Shown piece by piece: positions 30,246 through 41,374 of a stretch of DNA of 64,000 nucleotides. The stretch is from Candidatus Fiminaster equi. GTDB lineage: Bacteria > Bacillota_I > Bacilli_A > RFN20 > CAG-826. The notes under the pieces are model-generated. The model ran no database searches and had not been told where the DNA came from. It was given only the letters and a program-made list of their open reading frames with translations. Every line of letters starts with the position of its first letter. Within the stretch, counting starts at the first letter, position 1. The stretch covers positions 6,137 to 70,136 of the forward strand of contig JAGHUR010000011.1 in NCBI GenBank assembly GCA_018064745.1, read 5' to 3'. A program made the translations under genes and the position numbers.

Positions 30246-31715
30246 CTATTTTTTATGCTTCTTCCCAGTGAAAACATATTGGGTTAAAAGGGTTTGTGCT
30301 AATGAAACAAGAGCGCCGATGAACCAATAAACACCCATTGCTGCTGGTAGTGTGAAGCCCATGATAATAATCATGATTAACATTACCCAAGAAATAATGT
30401 TTGCTGTTCTGTTTTGTGATTTTTGTGCTGGATTCTTACCAAGACGAGCAACCTTTTTAGTTCTTGCCTTTTGAATCCATTGTGGAACTTTCATAGAAAC
30501 GAATTGAGAAACAGACATTAATATAATTAATACAAATGCTGTCCACCAACCTGCATTTCCAGAAGGACCCATTTTTAATGTAGTCCAAATAGAATCGGAT
30601 AAGTGAAGACCTAAAACTTGACCTGTTGCAAGAACAGCAGATCCGTTCATAGCGCCCCAAACACCGATAAATATTGGGAATTGTACTATAAGTACAAGTA
30701 ATGAAGACAAAGGATTAACTTTATTTTTCTTATACAAACGCATTTGCTCTTCAGCAAGTCTTTGTTTTTGAGCTTGGTTTGTATTTGAGTTTGGATATTT
30801 TTGTTGAATCTTAGCCAATTCTGGTTGTAAATTTGTCATCTTTTGTTGTGACAAAGTTGATTTAATTGTTACCAAGAAAATGAACAAACGAACGATAACA
30901 GTAACCAAAATTAAAGACATTAATTGAGGAACGCCATTTAAGAAGTTTGCTGAATCATGGCCTGCAAAAATATTTGCAAAGGTATCAACTAACCACGCAA
31001 CTGGATAAACGATCAATCCTTCAATAAGGTGTCCGCCTTTACCCCAGGCTTCGCCCCAACTTACACTTTCTAAGTGTACAGTAACGTTTTGAGAACCATA
31101 GTTACCGTATTCGCCCTCGATAGTTGTGATACAAGAACGATATGCATCAACAACCTGATTCATTGCATTAATATAAAGATTTTCAAAATCAACAGATGCA
31201 GCTTTTTCATAGCCTAATTCTGCTCTTAATTGATTATTTACGGCTCTATATGTTCCAAAAACATCTTCGGTATCACCGTTATAAAATTTGAAGTAACCAT
31301 ATGTCTTTAAGACATTTTCTACTTCACTAATAGTGATGTCTGTTTTGTTAAGATCTAAATTTCCTGCAGCTGCTGCGTTTTCTAAAACAATTTGGTCTAA
31401 TCTAATGAAATAATCAGTAGAAGGAACATAGACACCAGCTTGTTTAGCTGATTCAATAATTGTATTTAATTGAGCAGATTTTTCAAATCTGTTGTTTTCA
31501 TTAATTTTAACAATTTGATAAAGATTTGTACCTACTTTGCAAGCACCTTCTACAGGTTCTGAAGAAACCACGTATTCAGAAACACCTGGTTCCATAACGA
31601 AAGCAATTCTGCTTTTTTCTTTATTTGTACAGAAGTTTGCTGTACATGAAGAAGCAGCTATTCCTATTCCTAATAGACCTAATGCTAGTAATGCGATTTT
31701 ATTTCTTTTCTTCAC
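30246..31715 (-). CDS. yidC: membrane protein insertase YidC/Oxa1 family with ~250-aa N-terminal extracytoplasmic lipoprotein domain
   Basis: 489 aa. Lipobox (GIAASS-C). C-terminal 5-TM YidC core. Downstream of rnpA. Confidence 0.85.
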   Translation of the reverse strand: MKKRNKIALLALGLLGIGIAASSCTANFCTNKEKSRIAFVMEPGVSEYVVSSEPVEGACKVGTNLYQIVKINENNRFEKSAQLNTIIESAKQAGVYVPSTDYFIRLDQIVLENAAAAGNLDLNKTDITISEVENVLKTYGYFKFYNGDTEDVFGTYRAVNNQLRAELGYEKAASVDFENLYINAMNQVVDAYRSCITTIEGEYGNYGSQNVTVHLESVSWGEAWGKGGHLIEGLIVYPVAWLVDTFANIFAGHDSANFLNGVPQLMSLILVTVIVRLFIFLVTIKSTLSQQKMTNLQPELAKIQQKYPNSNTNQAQKQRLAEEQMRLYKKNKVNPLSSLLVLIVQFPIFIGVWGAMNGSAVLATGQVLGLHLSDSIWTTLKMGPSGNAGWWTAFVLIILMSVSQFVSMKVPQWIQKARTKKVARLGKNPAQKSQNRTANIISWVMLIMIIIMGFTLPAAMGVYWFIGALVSLAQTLLTQYVFTGKKHKK

Positions 31716-31724
31716 GAGTATATC

Positions 31725-32042
31725 CTACTTTTTAAATATTTCCTTTATATCTTGCTCAATCTCAGCAAAATTTTCAGGATTGTATGCTTTTTTAATAATC
31801 ATAACTAAATCTATTGATTTAGAATAATCAGTATTATGTGCACACATTGCGCGAATTTGGCGCTTGATCTTGTTTCTAATTACCGCGTTTCCGCTCTTTT
31901 TTGGAACAGAAATTCCAATACGAGTGTAACCTAATCTATTTTCCAATACATAAAATGTGAAGAATTTTGCTCTAACTAATTCACCCTTCGCAATTACTTC
32001 TTGAAATTCTTGGTGTTTTTTAATGCGGTTTTTAACAAGCAT
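31725..32042 (-). CDS. rnpA: ribonuclease P protein component
   Basis: 105 aa basic protein; KKHQEFQEV...RIGISVPKK...RNKIKRQIR motifs. rpmH-rnpA order. Confidence 0.85.
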   Translation of the reverse strand: MLVKNRIKKHQEFQEVIAKGELVRAKFFTFYVLENRLGYTRIGISVPKKSGNAVIRNKIKRQIRAMCAHNTDYSKSIDLVMIIKKAYNPENFAEIEQDIKEIFKK

Positions 32043-32047
32043 GGAAA

Positions 32048-32182
32048 TTAAAGAGCAATTCTTGCTCTTCCTTTTGCACGACGTGCAGCTAAAACTTTTC
32101 TGCCGCCAGCTGTTTTCATTCTTTGGCGGAAACCATGGACATTGCGTCTGTGTTTGTTACTTGGTTGAAATGTTCTTTTCAT
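32048..32182 (-). CDS. rpmH: 50S ribosomal protein L34
   Basis: Not in the ORF track because it is under 60 aa. Reverse translation gives [53 protein letters not shown]. Confidence 0.9.
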   Translation of the reverse strand: MKRTFQPSNKHRRNVHGFRQRMKTAGGRKVLAARRAKGRARIAL

Positions 32183-32319
32183 ATGTGTATCTCCCCTGTG
32201 CTTTTAGCACGCGTTGAGTATTATACACACGCATAACATGTTAGTCAAAGATTTTTCGCCTGTACGTGCTCAAAAGCGCACACAAACCTTATTTGATGTG
32301 TGAAACAAAATTGTAAGCG

Positions 32320-32630
32320 GTTAACTTGTCCACATTTTTTATGAATTTTTCACGTAAAAACGCCTTACTTTTCAACATTTGACGTGCTTTTTCACATAAT
32401 GTTAAAAATATGTTGACAAATCATGTGGGAATAGAAAAAAATATCGATTATTTCTACATTTATCTATTATTTTTATATGTGGATTATATTAACACTGTTG
32501 TTAATCAACAATAAAGTTTTCCACATTTGTTCACAACGGGAATAGAAACTTTTTTAAAATTTGTGGAAAACTCTAAAAATATCGATAAAATCTGACTTAA
32601 TTTTAGTTAAAAATTGTGGAAAAAATAATT
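32320..32630. other. oriC: DnaA-box cluster upstream of dnaA
   Basis: Near-consensus TTATCCACA boxes read directly: TTGTCCACA 32326-34, TTTTCACAT 32390-98, TGTGGATTA 32479-87 (rc TAATCCACA), TTTTCCACA 32517-25, TGTTCACAA 32529-37, TGTGGAAAA 32562-70 and 32615-23. AT-rich. Gene strand bias switches here. Confidence 0.85.
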
Positions 32631-32699
32631 TCCTTAAAAATGTTCTTGCTATTTATAAATAAATAATTATACTTTTGAGTTAATCGGAAGGTAGAAAAT

Positions 32700-34055
32700 A
32701 TGAACGAGAGTATTTCGGAGCTCCAAAGCATATGGAGTAAGATTGTTGAAGAACTTCACGCTAATATCGAAGACACAATGTTTTTTGATGTATTCTTAGA
32801 TGAATCATCAATCCATTCTATCGATGGCGACGTTCTCACAATTGCTGTAAATTCTAACTTAGCTGTTAAGATCTTAAGTTCAAAATATGTTGATGTTGTC
32901 GAAGCAGCAGCCAAAACAGTTTTAGGTCATCCTTGCAAAGCAAAATTCAACATAAAAGAAAACTTAAAAGATGCTCCAGTAAGCGTAGAACAAAAGCCTG
33001 TATACTTTAACAACTCCACAGTAAATCCTTCATTTGTGTTCGAATCATTCGTTACTGGACCATGCAACTTAGAAGCAAAACAAGCTGCTATTTATATTGC
33101 AAATTATCCAGGAAAGGGTTTTAACCCTTTATTTATCTATTCGAACCCAGGACTTGGCAAAACCCATTTATTACATGCTATTTATAATCACGTAAAAACA
33201 ACAATGCCAGGTAAGAAGGCTTTATATTGTGATTCAACAGATTTTATTCAAGAATTTGTTAAAGGAATGACAGGTGAAAAAAGCGTTAATGATTTAAAAG
33301 ATTATTTAACAAGCTTTGATGTTTTCTTAATTGATGATATCCAAATGATGGCTAATAAAGAGCAAACATGTGGATTCTTCTTTGAGATTTTTAACATCAT
33401 GTATTCTAAAGGAAAACAAATTGTCATCACATCTGATAGACACCCATCTGAGTTAAAATCTTTCGATGAAAGATTAAAATCTAGATTCGCCGGTGGTTTG
33501 ACAGTAAATATCAATCAACCAGATGATGTAACTTGTGTTTCCATCTTAAAATCCAAAATTGAAAACAGTCCATTGGATATTAACTCATTTGATCAAAAGG
33601 TACTTGAATTCATCGCCGCAAAATTCTCTAAGAACATTCGCGACATTGATCAGGCCTTAAACAAATTGGTTTGGTACGTTACAAACTTCAGACCAACAAA
33701 ATACATCGATATGGATGTTGCATTAGAGTCACTTCAATCTTTGATTGATGTTAAAGATTCTAAGCAAAAACTAAATGAACAAAAAATCATTTCAGTAGTT
33801 GCTGACAAATACAACTTAACACCATCTCAAATCACTGGTCCTTCAAGACAAGGTACAGTGGCGATGGCAAGACATATTGCAATGTATCTAATAAGACAAA
33901 TGCTCGATACGCCATACACAAAAATTGGCATTACGTTCGGGGGAAAGGATCACTCCACAGTTATGTCTGGGGTAGAAAAAGTGGAAAAAGAGTTGAAAAC
34001 TAACACCAATCTAGAACAGGCAATTAATGAGATTAAAAATCAATTAAAAGCTTAA
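32700..34055 (+). CDS. dnaA: chromosomal replication initiator protein DnaA
   Basis: 451 aa. AAA+ Walker A (GNPGLGKTHLL). C-terminal DnaA-box binding domain (signature region GGKDHSTVM). Confidence 0.95.
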   Translation: MNESISELQSIWSKIVEELHANIEDTMFFDVFLDESSIHSIDGDVLTIAVNSNLAVKILSSKYVDVVEAAAKTVLGHPCKAKFNIKENLKDAPVSVEQKPVYFNNSTVNPSFVFESFVTGPCNLEAKQAAIYIANYPGKGFNPLFIYSNPGLGKTHLLHAIYNHVKTTMPGKKALYCDSTDFIQEFVKGMTGEKSVNDLKDYLTSFDVFLIDDIQMMANKEQTCGFFFEIFNIMYSKGKQIVITSDRHPSELKSFDERLKSRFAGGLTVNINQPDDVTCVSILKSKIENSPLDINSFDQKVLEFIAAKFSKNIRDIDQALNKLVWYVTNFRPTKYIDMDVALESLQSLIDVKDSKQKLNEQKIISVVADKYNLTPSQITGPSRQGTVAMARHIAMYLIRQMLDTPYTKIGITFGGKDHSTVMSGVEKVEKELKTNTNLEQAINEIKNQLKA

Positions 34056-34109
34056 TCTATAATAAAATGTGCGTGTGCGCATGCGAGAACACTCAAAATC
34101 ACGTAAAAG

Positions 34110-34140
34110 TATGCGAGTTATCCACATAATCCACACACTC
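34110..34140. promoter_or_regulatory. second DnaA-box cluster (dnaA-dnaN intergenic part of bipartite oriC)
   Basis: Tandem TTATCCACA (34118-34126) and TAATCCACA (34127-34135), then an AT-rich stretch. Confidence 0.8.
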
Positions 34141-34179
34141 TATAAATATAATTAAGTACTTAAGGAGAAATAAATAATT

Positions 34180-35298
34180 ATGAGATTTACAATTGATAAA
34201 GAAGCATTCATGAAAGGATTAACCTTAGTTTCAAAGGCAATCCCTCCAAAAGCAGAACTTCCTGTATTTGCTAATTTTAAGTTAGCATTAACTGAAAAAG
34301 GATTAGAAATTACTGGATCAGATGGAAACATGACAATTTTGACTGTTGTTCCGTTTATGATCGGTGATAAAGAGATTATTAGAAATTCACAACCAGGTGA
34401 AGCGTTAGTTGCAGCTAAAATCTTGATTGAAGTTGTAAGACACCTTGAAGAAGAAACAGCATCATTTGAATTAATTGATGGTTCCATTCTTAAAATTGAA
34501 GATTCTAAATCAAACTTTAAATTAAATTCAATTCGCGCAGACGAATATCCGCAAATTGATTTAAGCGTTTCTGGGGCCACATTAGAGGTCTCAGCTAAAG
34601 ATATTCAATCATTGGTTGAATCTACCGCATTTGCAGCCTCTATTAAGGAAACACGCCCTATTTTGACAGCAGTCAGCCTCGAAACACACGACAATTTGCT
34701 CTCTGCAACAGCTACAGACACTGCAAGACTTGCTCGTAAGACAATCGAGATTGATTCAGACGTCAAATTTGTGGCAAACATTCCAGCCAAAAAACTTGTT
34801 GATATCGTAAGAAGTTTTGAAGGCGGAGAAAATGTCACTATCGCAATAAGCGATAAAAAGGCAACATTTGCATTCGGAAATTCAGTTATTTCAACACGTT
34901 TAACCAACGGCGATTACCCAAATACAAAATCAATCATTCCAACCAAATTTAATTACTTCCTCGAAGTCAATTCACAAGAGTTCCTCAAAGCCATGGAACG
35001 TGTCTCACTTTTAAGTGCTGAATACGAAGGTGTTGTTAAACTCATTATGGATGAAGATGAAGTAGAAATGATCTCTAGATCATCACTAGTTGGTTCTGCT
35101 AATGAAAAATTATCAGTTTTCCAATTCAGTGGAGAGCATTTAGAGATCTCATTCCGTGCATCATTTGTTGCAGATGCAATTCGTGCTTGTAAGAGTGAAG
35201 ATGTAACCATTGCATTTGTTGGTGAAATGAAGCCATTTGTTGTTAAAAATAACAAAGATGCTTCCATCGAAATGTTACTCACTCCATTGCGTTCATAA
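34180..35298 (+). CDS. dnaN: DNA polymerase III beta sliding clamp
   Basis: 372 aa; MRFTIDKEAF...; three-domain clamp. Position after dnaA. Confidence 0.95.
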   Translation: MRFTIDKEAFMKGLTLVSKAIPPKAELPVFANFKLALTEKGLEITGSDGNMTILTVVPFMIGDKEIIRNSQPGEALVAAKILIEVVRHLEEETASFELIDGSILKIEDSKSNFKLNSIRADEYPQIDLSVSGATLEVSAKDIQSLVESTAFAASIKETRPILTAVSLETHDNLLSATATDTARLARKTIEIDSDVKFVANIPAKKLVDIVRSFEGGENVTIAISDKKATFAFGNSVISTRLTNGDYPNTKSIIPTKFNYFLEVNSQEFLKAMERVSLLSAEYEGVVKLIMDEDEVEMISRSSLVGSANEKLSVFQFSGEHLEISFRASFVADAIRACKSEDVTIAFVGEMKPFVVKNNKDASIEMLLTPLRS

Positions 35299-35408
35299 TT
35301 GCCGAAAAATCGACATTATAAACATATTACAAAATAAGGGAATTTATTATTCCCTTTTTATTTTATATATGATAAAATGTATCGCGAGGACGAAATTTAA
35401 CCTTTTTT

Positions 35409-35630
35409 ATGATTAAAAAAACAACCCAAATTACTATCACAACTGAGTACATTACTTTAGGTCAATTCCTCAAGTTTGCTGACATCATCGAAAACGGTGG
35501 AGAAGCAAAAAGTTTCTTAGCAGAGAATGAAGTTAGAGTTGATTCCGAGCCCGAGAACAGAAGAGGAAGAAAACTTAGAGGTGGCGAAATTGTGGAAGTC
35601 TTGGGTCAAAAATTCGAGATCAAAAGATGA
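35409..35630 (+). CDS. yaaA: S4-domain RNA-binding protein YaaA
   Basis: 73 aa. ITLGQFLKFADIIENGGEAKSFL...VRVD S4 motif. dnaN-yaaA-recF context. ATGA overlap with recF. Confidence 0.8.
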   Translation: MIKKTTQITITTEYITLGQFLKFADIIENGGEAKSFLAENEVRVDSEPENRRGRKLRGGEIVEVLGQKFEIKR

Positions 35631-36706
35631 TTGTTAAAAAACTTGTCCTCAGGAATTTCCGAAACTACGATTTTGTTGATGTAGAGTTCGATCCAAAGTT
35701 GAATATCATCATCGGCGATAACGCAGCAGGCAAGACAAATATTGTTGAAGCGATTCACTTTTTGTCACTTGCCAGGTCGTTCCGAACATTAGAAAGCGCT
35801 GAATTAATAAAGAATAGGCGCCAATTTGCCACGATTGAGGCCTCAGTCGAGCAAGATACCATAAAAAAAGATATCGTTGCTCTAATGACCTCTTCTAGCA
35901 AAAAGTTCACATGCAACGACAAGCCAGTTAGGAAATTATCCGATCTTTCTAAACTTATAAATGTATTAGTCTTTCAACCAAAAGACACACTTATGTTTAG
36001 TGATTCACCTTTGGTGAGACGTAACTTTCTAGATGTTAACTTATCTAAAAAGTCACCAGTCTATTTAGAGAATTTGATGATTTTTGAGAAGTTACTTAGA
36101 GAAAGAAACGCAATTCTAAAAGAAGACAACATTGATCAGGTACAACTTAATGTTGTCACTGAACAATTAGTTGAAGTTGAGGAAACAATTTGCAAGTATA
36201 GACAAGCTTACATTAGTGAGATTAATCAGGTGCTTAGCAAAATTATTACCCAGCTTAAAGGTGAAATGGAGACCGCAAAACTTGAATACTTGCCGTTTAT
36301 TAAATTAGACGACAAGTTTAAAGTCTCCTGTGCGCGTGCGTATGAGCGCAATAAAGAAAGCGACATTAAACACAAGATGACTCAGATTGGAATTCATCGT
36401 GAGGATATGAAGATGATTCTGAATGGAAAAGATATTTCCCTTCAAGGATCTCAAGGAGAGAACAGAATCGCTGTTATTGCCCTTAAAATAGCCCCTTACT
36501 TCCTCATTGAGGACAAAGATGAGAAACCAATCATAGTGCTTGATGATGTGATGTCAGAATTAGACACAGAACACAAAGAAAGATTAATTACATTTGTAAA
36601 GGGGTTAGGACAAGTGTTCATAACCTCAACAAACACAACAGTTAAAAACGCTTCAATCTATGAAGTAAAACAGCATAACATTACAAGGAGGAATGCTAAA
36701 TGGTAG
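35627..36706 (+). CDS. recF: DNA replication and repair protein RecF
   Basis: 359 aa. Walker [13 protein letters not shown]-like signature and Walker B ([12 protein letters not shown]). Confidence 0.9.
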   Translation: MIVKKLVLRNFRNYDFVDVEFDPKLNIIIGDNAAGKTNIVEAIHFLSLARSFRTLESAELIKNRRQFATIEASVEQDTIKKDIVALMTSSSKKFTCNDKPVRKLSDLSKLINVLVFQPKDTLMFSDSPLVRRNFLDVNLSKKSPVYLENLMIFEKLLRERNAILKEDNIDQVQLNVVTEQLVEVEETICKYRQAYISEINQVLSKIITQLKGEMETAKLEYLPFIKLDDKFKVSCARAYERNKESDIKHKMTQIGIHREDMKMILNGKDISLQGSQGENRIAVIALKIAPYFLIEDKDEKPIIVLDDVMSELDTEHKERLITFVKGLGQVFITSTNTTVKNASIYEVKQHNITRRNAKW

Positions 36707-38703
36707 AACTAGATGAAAATGTCGAATTAAATGTAGACGCATCCACCGAAGATCGTCCAGATGCAGACTATTCTGCTAAAGATCTTCAAGTTCTCGAAGG
36801 CCTAGAGGCGGTTCGCAAACGTCCAGGTATGTACATTGGTACTACTGCAGCAGCAGGTCTTCACCACCTCGTTTGGGAAATTGTCGATAACTCTATCGAT
36901 GAGGCCCTTGCAGGATTCTGTGACAAAATTGTAGTCACAATCAACCCTGGCGACACCATCACAGTCGAAGATAATGGCCGTGGTGTTCCAGTCGACATCG
37001 TTGCAAAATCCGGATTATCCGGTGTCGAGACTGTCTTTACAATCTTACACGCCGGTGGTAAGTTCGGTGAAACTGGTGGATACAAAGTATCCGGCGGTTT
37101 ACACGGTGTTGGTGCATCAGTCGTTAACGCTTTGTCTGAATGGTTAGAATGTACTGTTCACAAAAATGGAAAAGTCCATTACATGAAATTTGGTCGTGGT
37201 GGTAAACCACTTGATCACTTAAAAGTAATTGGTGACTGCCCGGCTGAACAAACAGGTACAACTGTTACATTTAAACCAGATGACACAATCTTTACTGAAA
37301 CAACAGTTTATGATTACGATGTAATCTGTGATCACTTAAAACAAATGGCTTACCTTAACAAAGGTGTCAGAATTGTTGTAAGAGATGCACGTGTTGCCCC
37401 AGCTAAAGAAGAAACTTATTGCTACGAAGGTGGTATTAAGGAATACGTCCAATCAATTAACTTTAATAAAACCCCAATCATGCAAGAAATTATCTATTGC
37501 GAAGGTAGAGGAAAATACATGGTTGGTGATGAAGAAAAAGGTCATATCTATTGTGAGGTTGCTATGCAATATAACGAAAGCTATAACCCAACAATCTTCT
37601 CATTCTGTAACAACATTCACACACATGAAGGCGGAACCCACGAAGAAGGTTTCAGACTTGCAATGCGTCGTGTAATGAATGATTACGCAAGAAAAGCAAA
37701 ATTACTCAAGGATGATCAATCAGACCTTGAAACCTCGGATATTTTGGAAGGTTTAACCGCAATTATCTCAGTTAAACACCCAAACCCACAATATGAAGGA
37801 CAAACCAAGACAAAACTTGGTAACTCTGAAGTTCGTAAAATTGTTTCACAAATCGTTGGTGAACAACTTGAAAGATTCTTACTCGAGAATCCAAAAGTTG
37901 CCGAACAAATTGTCGCAAAACTTACAATGGCAGCAAAGGCTCGTATGGCTGCACGTGCTGCACAAGAATCTGTCCGTCGTAAAACAGGACTCGAAGTCAC
38001 AACTCTTCCAGGAAAATTAGCTGACTGCTCCAGCAAAGAACCAGAAAGATGTGAACTTTATATCGTCGAAGGTAACTCCGCTGGTGGCTCAGCCAAAAAC
38101 GGACGTGACCGTGAGACACAAGCAATTCTTCCACTTCGTGGAAAAATCTTAAATGTTGAAAAAGCAACTCAAGAAAAAGCTTTTGAAAACGCTGAAATTG
38201 GTAACATGATTGTCGCTATTGGTGCTGGCATTGACCCAGAATTCCATATCGAAAAAGCTCGTTATCACAAGATTGTTATTATGACCGATGCTGATGTTGA
38301 CGGAAGCCACATTAGAATTCTCTTATTAACATTCTTCTTCAGATTCATGAAGGAATTAATTGAAGCTGGTTATGTTTACATCGCACAACCACCTCTATAC
38401 AAAGTCGATTACCATGGTAAGTCATACTATGCTTACAACGATGATCAACTTGAAAACATCAAAAAACAACTCGCTTTAAAACCTGGATACCCATTCCAAC
38501 GTTATAAAGGTCTTGGTGAAATGGATGCAGAACAACTTTGGGAAACCACAATGGACCCAGCACACCGTAAAATGCTCCGTGTCACAATGTCTGATGCTAT
38601 CGAAGCCGACAAGGTCTTCACAGACTTAATGGGTGACGAAGTCTTACCAAGAAAAGAGTTCATTCACAAATATGCTAAGTTCGTTAAGAACTTAGATATC
38701 TAA
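36700..38703 (+). CDS. gyrB: DNA gyrase subunit B
   Basis: 667 aa. GHKL ATPase, Toprim ([10 protein letters not shown]), PLRGKILN and C-terminal GyrB motifs. Confidence 0.95.
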   Translation: MVELDENVELNVDASTEDRPDADYSAKDLQVLEGLEAVRKRPGMYIGTTAAAGLHHLVWEIVDNSIDEALAGFCDKIVVTINPGDTITVEDNGRGVPVDIVAKSGLSGVETVFTILHAGGKFGETGGYKVSGGLHGVGASVVNALSEWLECTVHKNGKVHYMKFGRGGKPLDHLKVIGDCPAEQTGTTVTFKPDDTIFTETTVYDYDVICDHLKQMAYLNKGVRIVVRDARVAPAKEETYCYEGGIKEYVQSINFNKTPIMQEIIYCEGRGKYMVGDEEKGHIYCEVAMQYNESYNPTIFSFCNNIHTHEGGTHEEGFRLAMRRVMNDYARKAKLLKDDQSDLETSDILEGLTAIISVKHPNPQYEGQTKTKLGNSEVRKIVSQIVGEQLERFLLENPKVAEQIVAKLTMAAKARMAARAAQESVRRKTGLEVTTLPGKLADCSSKEPERCELYIVEGNSAGGSAKNGRDRETQAILPLRGKILNVEKATQEKAFENAEIGNMIVAIGAGIDPEFHIEKARYHKIVIMTDADVDGSHIRILLLTFFFRFMKELIEAGYVYIAQPPLYKVDYHGKSYYAYNDDQLENIKKQLALKPGYPFQRYKGLGEMDAEQLWETTMDPAHRKMLRVTMSDAIEADKVFTDLMGDEVLPRKEFIHKYAKFVKNLDI

Positions 38704-38721
38704 TGAAAGGAGAGTAAAATT

Positions 38722-41283
38722 ATGGCAGACGAAATTAAAGAAAATGAAGTAGTCGAAGAAGAAAAAGCTTCAGAAGCTCCTACTATCGAAGCCGGTGTCG
38801 CAGCTGGTCTTGAAGATACAGATTTAGCTCAAGAAGTTAGAAATTCCTTCCTTGATTACGCAATGTCAGTTATTGTTGCTCGTGCTATCCCAGATGTCCG
38901 TGATGGTTGTAAACCAGTTCACCGTAGAGTTATTTATGGTATGCACGTTACAGGAATGGTTCCTGGAACTCCTTATAAGAAATCAGCCCGTATCGTTGGT
39001 GATGTTATGGGTAAATATCACCCACACGGCGACTCAGCAATTTACTCAACATTAGTTAGACTTGCTCAACCATTCGCAATGCGTTATACACTTGTTGATG
39101 GACACGGTAACTTCGGCTCAGTTGATGGTGATGAACCAGCTGCTATGCGTTATACCGAAGCAAGAATGACTAAACTCGCAACCGAAATGGTTCGTGACCT
39201 CAACTGTAATACAGTTGATATGGTTGATAACTATGATGGTACAGAAGTTGAACCATCAGTCTTACCTTCAAGATTCCCTAACTTACTCGTCAATGGTAGT
39301 AACGGTATCGCTGTTGGTATGGCAACTTATATTCCAACACACAACTTAGGCGAAACAATTGACGCTGTTGTTGCTGTTGCAAGAAATCCTGAAATTACTC
39401 CACTTGAGATTATGCAAGATTACCTCTTTGGTCCTGACTTCTCAACAGGAGCTACCATTTTAGGAAGAACCGGAATCAAAGATTATTTTGAAACTGGTAC
39501 CGGATCTATCGTTATCCGTTCAAAAGCAGAAATTAAAGAGAACGAAAAAACCGGTAAAAAACAAATTATTGTTCACGAAATTCCATATCAAGTTAACAAA
39601 GCTAACATGATTGAATCTATCGCACATCTTGTAAGAGACAAGGTTGTCGACGGAATTACAGATATTCGTGATGAATCTTCAAAAGGTAATGTTCGTATCG
39701 TTATCGATGTTAGACATGACGCAATTCCAGAAGTTATTTTGAATCAACTTTACAAGATGACTCAACTTCAAACTTCAATGGGTATTATCATGCTCTGCTT
39801 AGTTGATGGTGCACCAAAAATCTTACCTATTACTGAAATCTTAAAGAAATACTTAGACTTCCAAGTCGAAGTTGTTGAAAGAAGAACAAAGTTCTTACTT
39901 GCAAAAGATGAAGCTCGTGATCACATCGTTTGTGGCTTACTTAAAGCTATTGGTGATATCGATGCAATCGTTGAAACAATTAAGAAATCAGCAACTCCAG
40001 AAGATGCTACAAGAGCGTTAATGGAAAAATTCGGTTTCTCCGAAGAACAAACGGCCGCAATTCTTGCTATGACTCTCCGTAGACTTACAGGTCTTGAAGA
40101 AGGCAAGCTCGAAGAAGAACGTGCTCAACTTGAAGCAAATATCGCAAAATACCATCATATTCTCGAATCAAGAGCAAACGTCACTGACGTTGTCGTTGAA
40201 GAATTACTCGAAATTAAAGAGAAATACAGTGATGAACGTAAGACCGATATTTCAGATGAAGCTGCAACTATCGAAGATGAAGCACTCATCCCACAAAAAC
40301 AAATTGTTGTCACATTATCCAAGAACAACTACGTTAAGAGAATGGATGCTGATACATTCCGTGCTCAAAATCGTGGTGGTCGTGGTGTCCGTGGCACAGC
40401 CTTAAATGATGAAGACGAAGTCTCTATCATGTTACACACAAGAACACACATTGACGTTATGTTCTTCTCTAATTTAGGAAGAGTCTACCGTCTCCGTGGT
40501 TACATGATTCCAGAAGGCTCAAGAATTTCTAAAGGCATTCCAATTCAAAACTTACTTAACCTTGAAAAGGGTGAAAAGATTATGTCTATCATTCCAATCG
40601 AGGATTACTCTGAAGGACATTTCTTATTCTTTGCAACAAAGGATGGTTTAGTAAAACGTACTCCAGTCAAAGAATATGAATCTGTTCGTAAGAATGGTAA
40701 GATTGCAATTTCACTTCGTGAAGGTGATGCATTACTTGATGTTAAACAAACAGATGGTAACGCAAAAATCTGTCTTGCATCCAGCAAGGGCAAACTTGTT
40801 AGATTCCAAGAAGATCAAGCACGTCCACTTGGCCGTACAGCATCAGGCGTTAAGGGTATTGAACTTGACGATGGTGCAGTTGCAGTCGGTATGACAACCT
40901 CACTTGAAGGAAATTACATCCTTGTTATTACATCTCATGGTTTCGGTAAGATGTCAGAAGTTGACGAATACCGTGAAACCAAACGTGGTGCAAAAGGCGT
41001 TACTGCTCTTAACTGCACAGTCAAGAACGGTAAACTTGTTGCCATGAGAGCTGTTGCAGGTGATGAAGACTTAATGATGGTTACCAACACTGGTGTCATC
41101 ATCAGAATTCCACTTGAACAAGTTAAGATTGCACACCGTGTTACTCAAGGTGTCAAAGTCATCAGATTAGAAGATGAAAAACAACGCGTTTCTTCCATCA
41201 CTGTTGTCCCACATGAAGACGCAGAAGAAGGTGTTGAAGAAGCCCCAGTTGAAGCCTCAGAAGCTCCAGCTGAAAATGAGTAA
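38722..41283 (+). CDS. gyrA: DNA gyrase subunit A
   Basis: 853 aa. Active-site region AMRYTEARM (catalytic Tyr). QRDR HPHGDSAIY. GyrA-box. Acidic C-terminal tail. Confidence 0.95.
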   Translation: MADEIKENEVVEEEKASEAPTIEAGVAAGLEDTDLAQEVRNSFLDYAMSVIVARAIPDVRDGCKPVHRRVIYGMHVTGMVPGTPYKKSARIVGDVMGKYHPHGDSAIYSTLVRLAQPFAMRYTLVDGHGNFGSVDGDEPAAMRYTEARMTKLATEMVRDLNCNTVDMVDNYDGTEVEPSVLPSRFPNLLVNGSNGIAVGMATYIPTHNLGETIDAVVAVARNPEITPLEIMQDYLFGPDFSTGATILGRTGIKDYFETGTGSIVIRSKAEIKENEKTGKKQIIVHEIPYQVNKANMIESIAHLVRDKVVDGITDIRDESSKGNVRIVIDVRHDAIPEVILNQLYKMTQLQTSMGIIMLCLVDGAPKILPITEILKKYLDFQVEVVERRTKFLLAKDEARDHIVCGLLKAIGDIDAIVETIKKSATPEDATRALMEKFGFSEEQTAAILAMTLRRLTGLEEGKLEEERAQLEANIAKYHHILESRANVTDVVVEELLEIKEKYSDERKTDISDEAATIEDEALIPQKQIVVTLSKNNYVKRMDADTFRAQNRGGRGVRGTALNDEDEVSIMLHTRTHIDVMFFSNLGRVYRLRGYMIPEGSRISKGIPIQNLLNLEKGEKIMSIIPIEDYSEGHFLFFATKDGLVKRTPVKEYESVRKNGKIAISLREGDALLDVKQTDGNAKICLASSKGKLVRFQEDQARPLGRTASGVKGIELDDGAVAVGMTTSLEGNYILVITSHGFGKMSEVDEYRETKRGAKGVTALNCTVKNGKLVAMRAVAGDEDLMMVTNTGVIIRIPLEQVKIAHRVTQGVKVIRLEDEKQRVSSITVVPHEDAEEGVEEAPVEASEAPAENE

Positions 41284-41374
41284 AATATCCGGGAATTCAT
41301 AAGGATTTCTCGAGAAAACAGGGGGTTTTTGAGAAAATCAAGACCCCCTCAAAATAAGAAAGAAGGATTTAATT

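Noticed and set aside
32023-32217. 64-aa plus-strand ORF from the track
   Set aside because: It is antisense to rpmH (L34, 32048-32182 minus), which gives a perfect L34 translation.
34152-35282. Three minus-strand ORFs (142, 100, 109 aa) listed inside dnaN
   Set aside because: Shadow ORFs antisense to a high-confidence dnaN. No SD sequences; Ser/Thr-rich composition typical of antisense frames.
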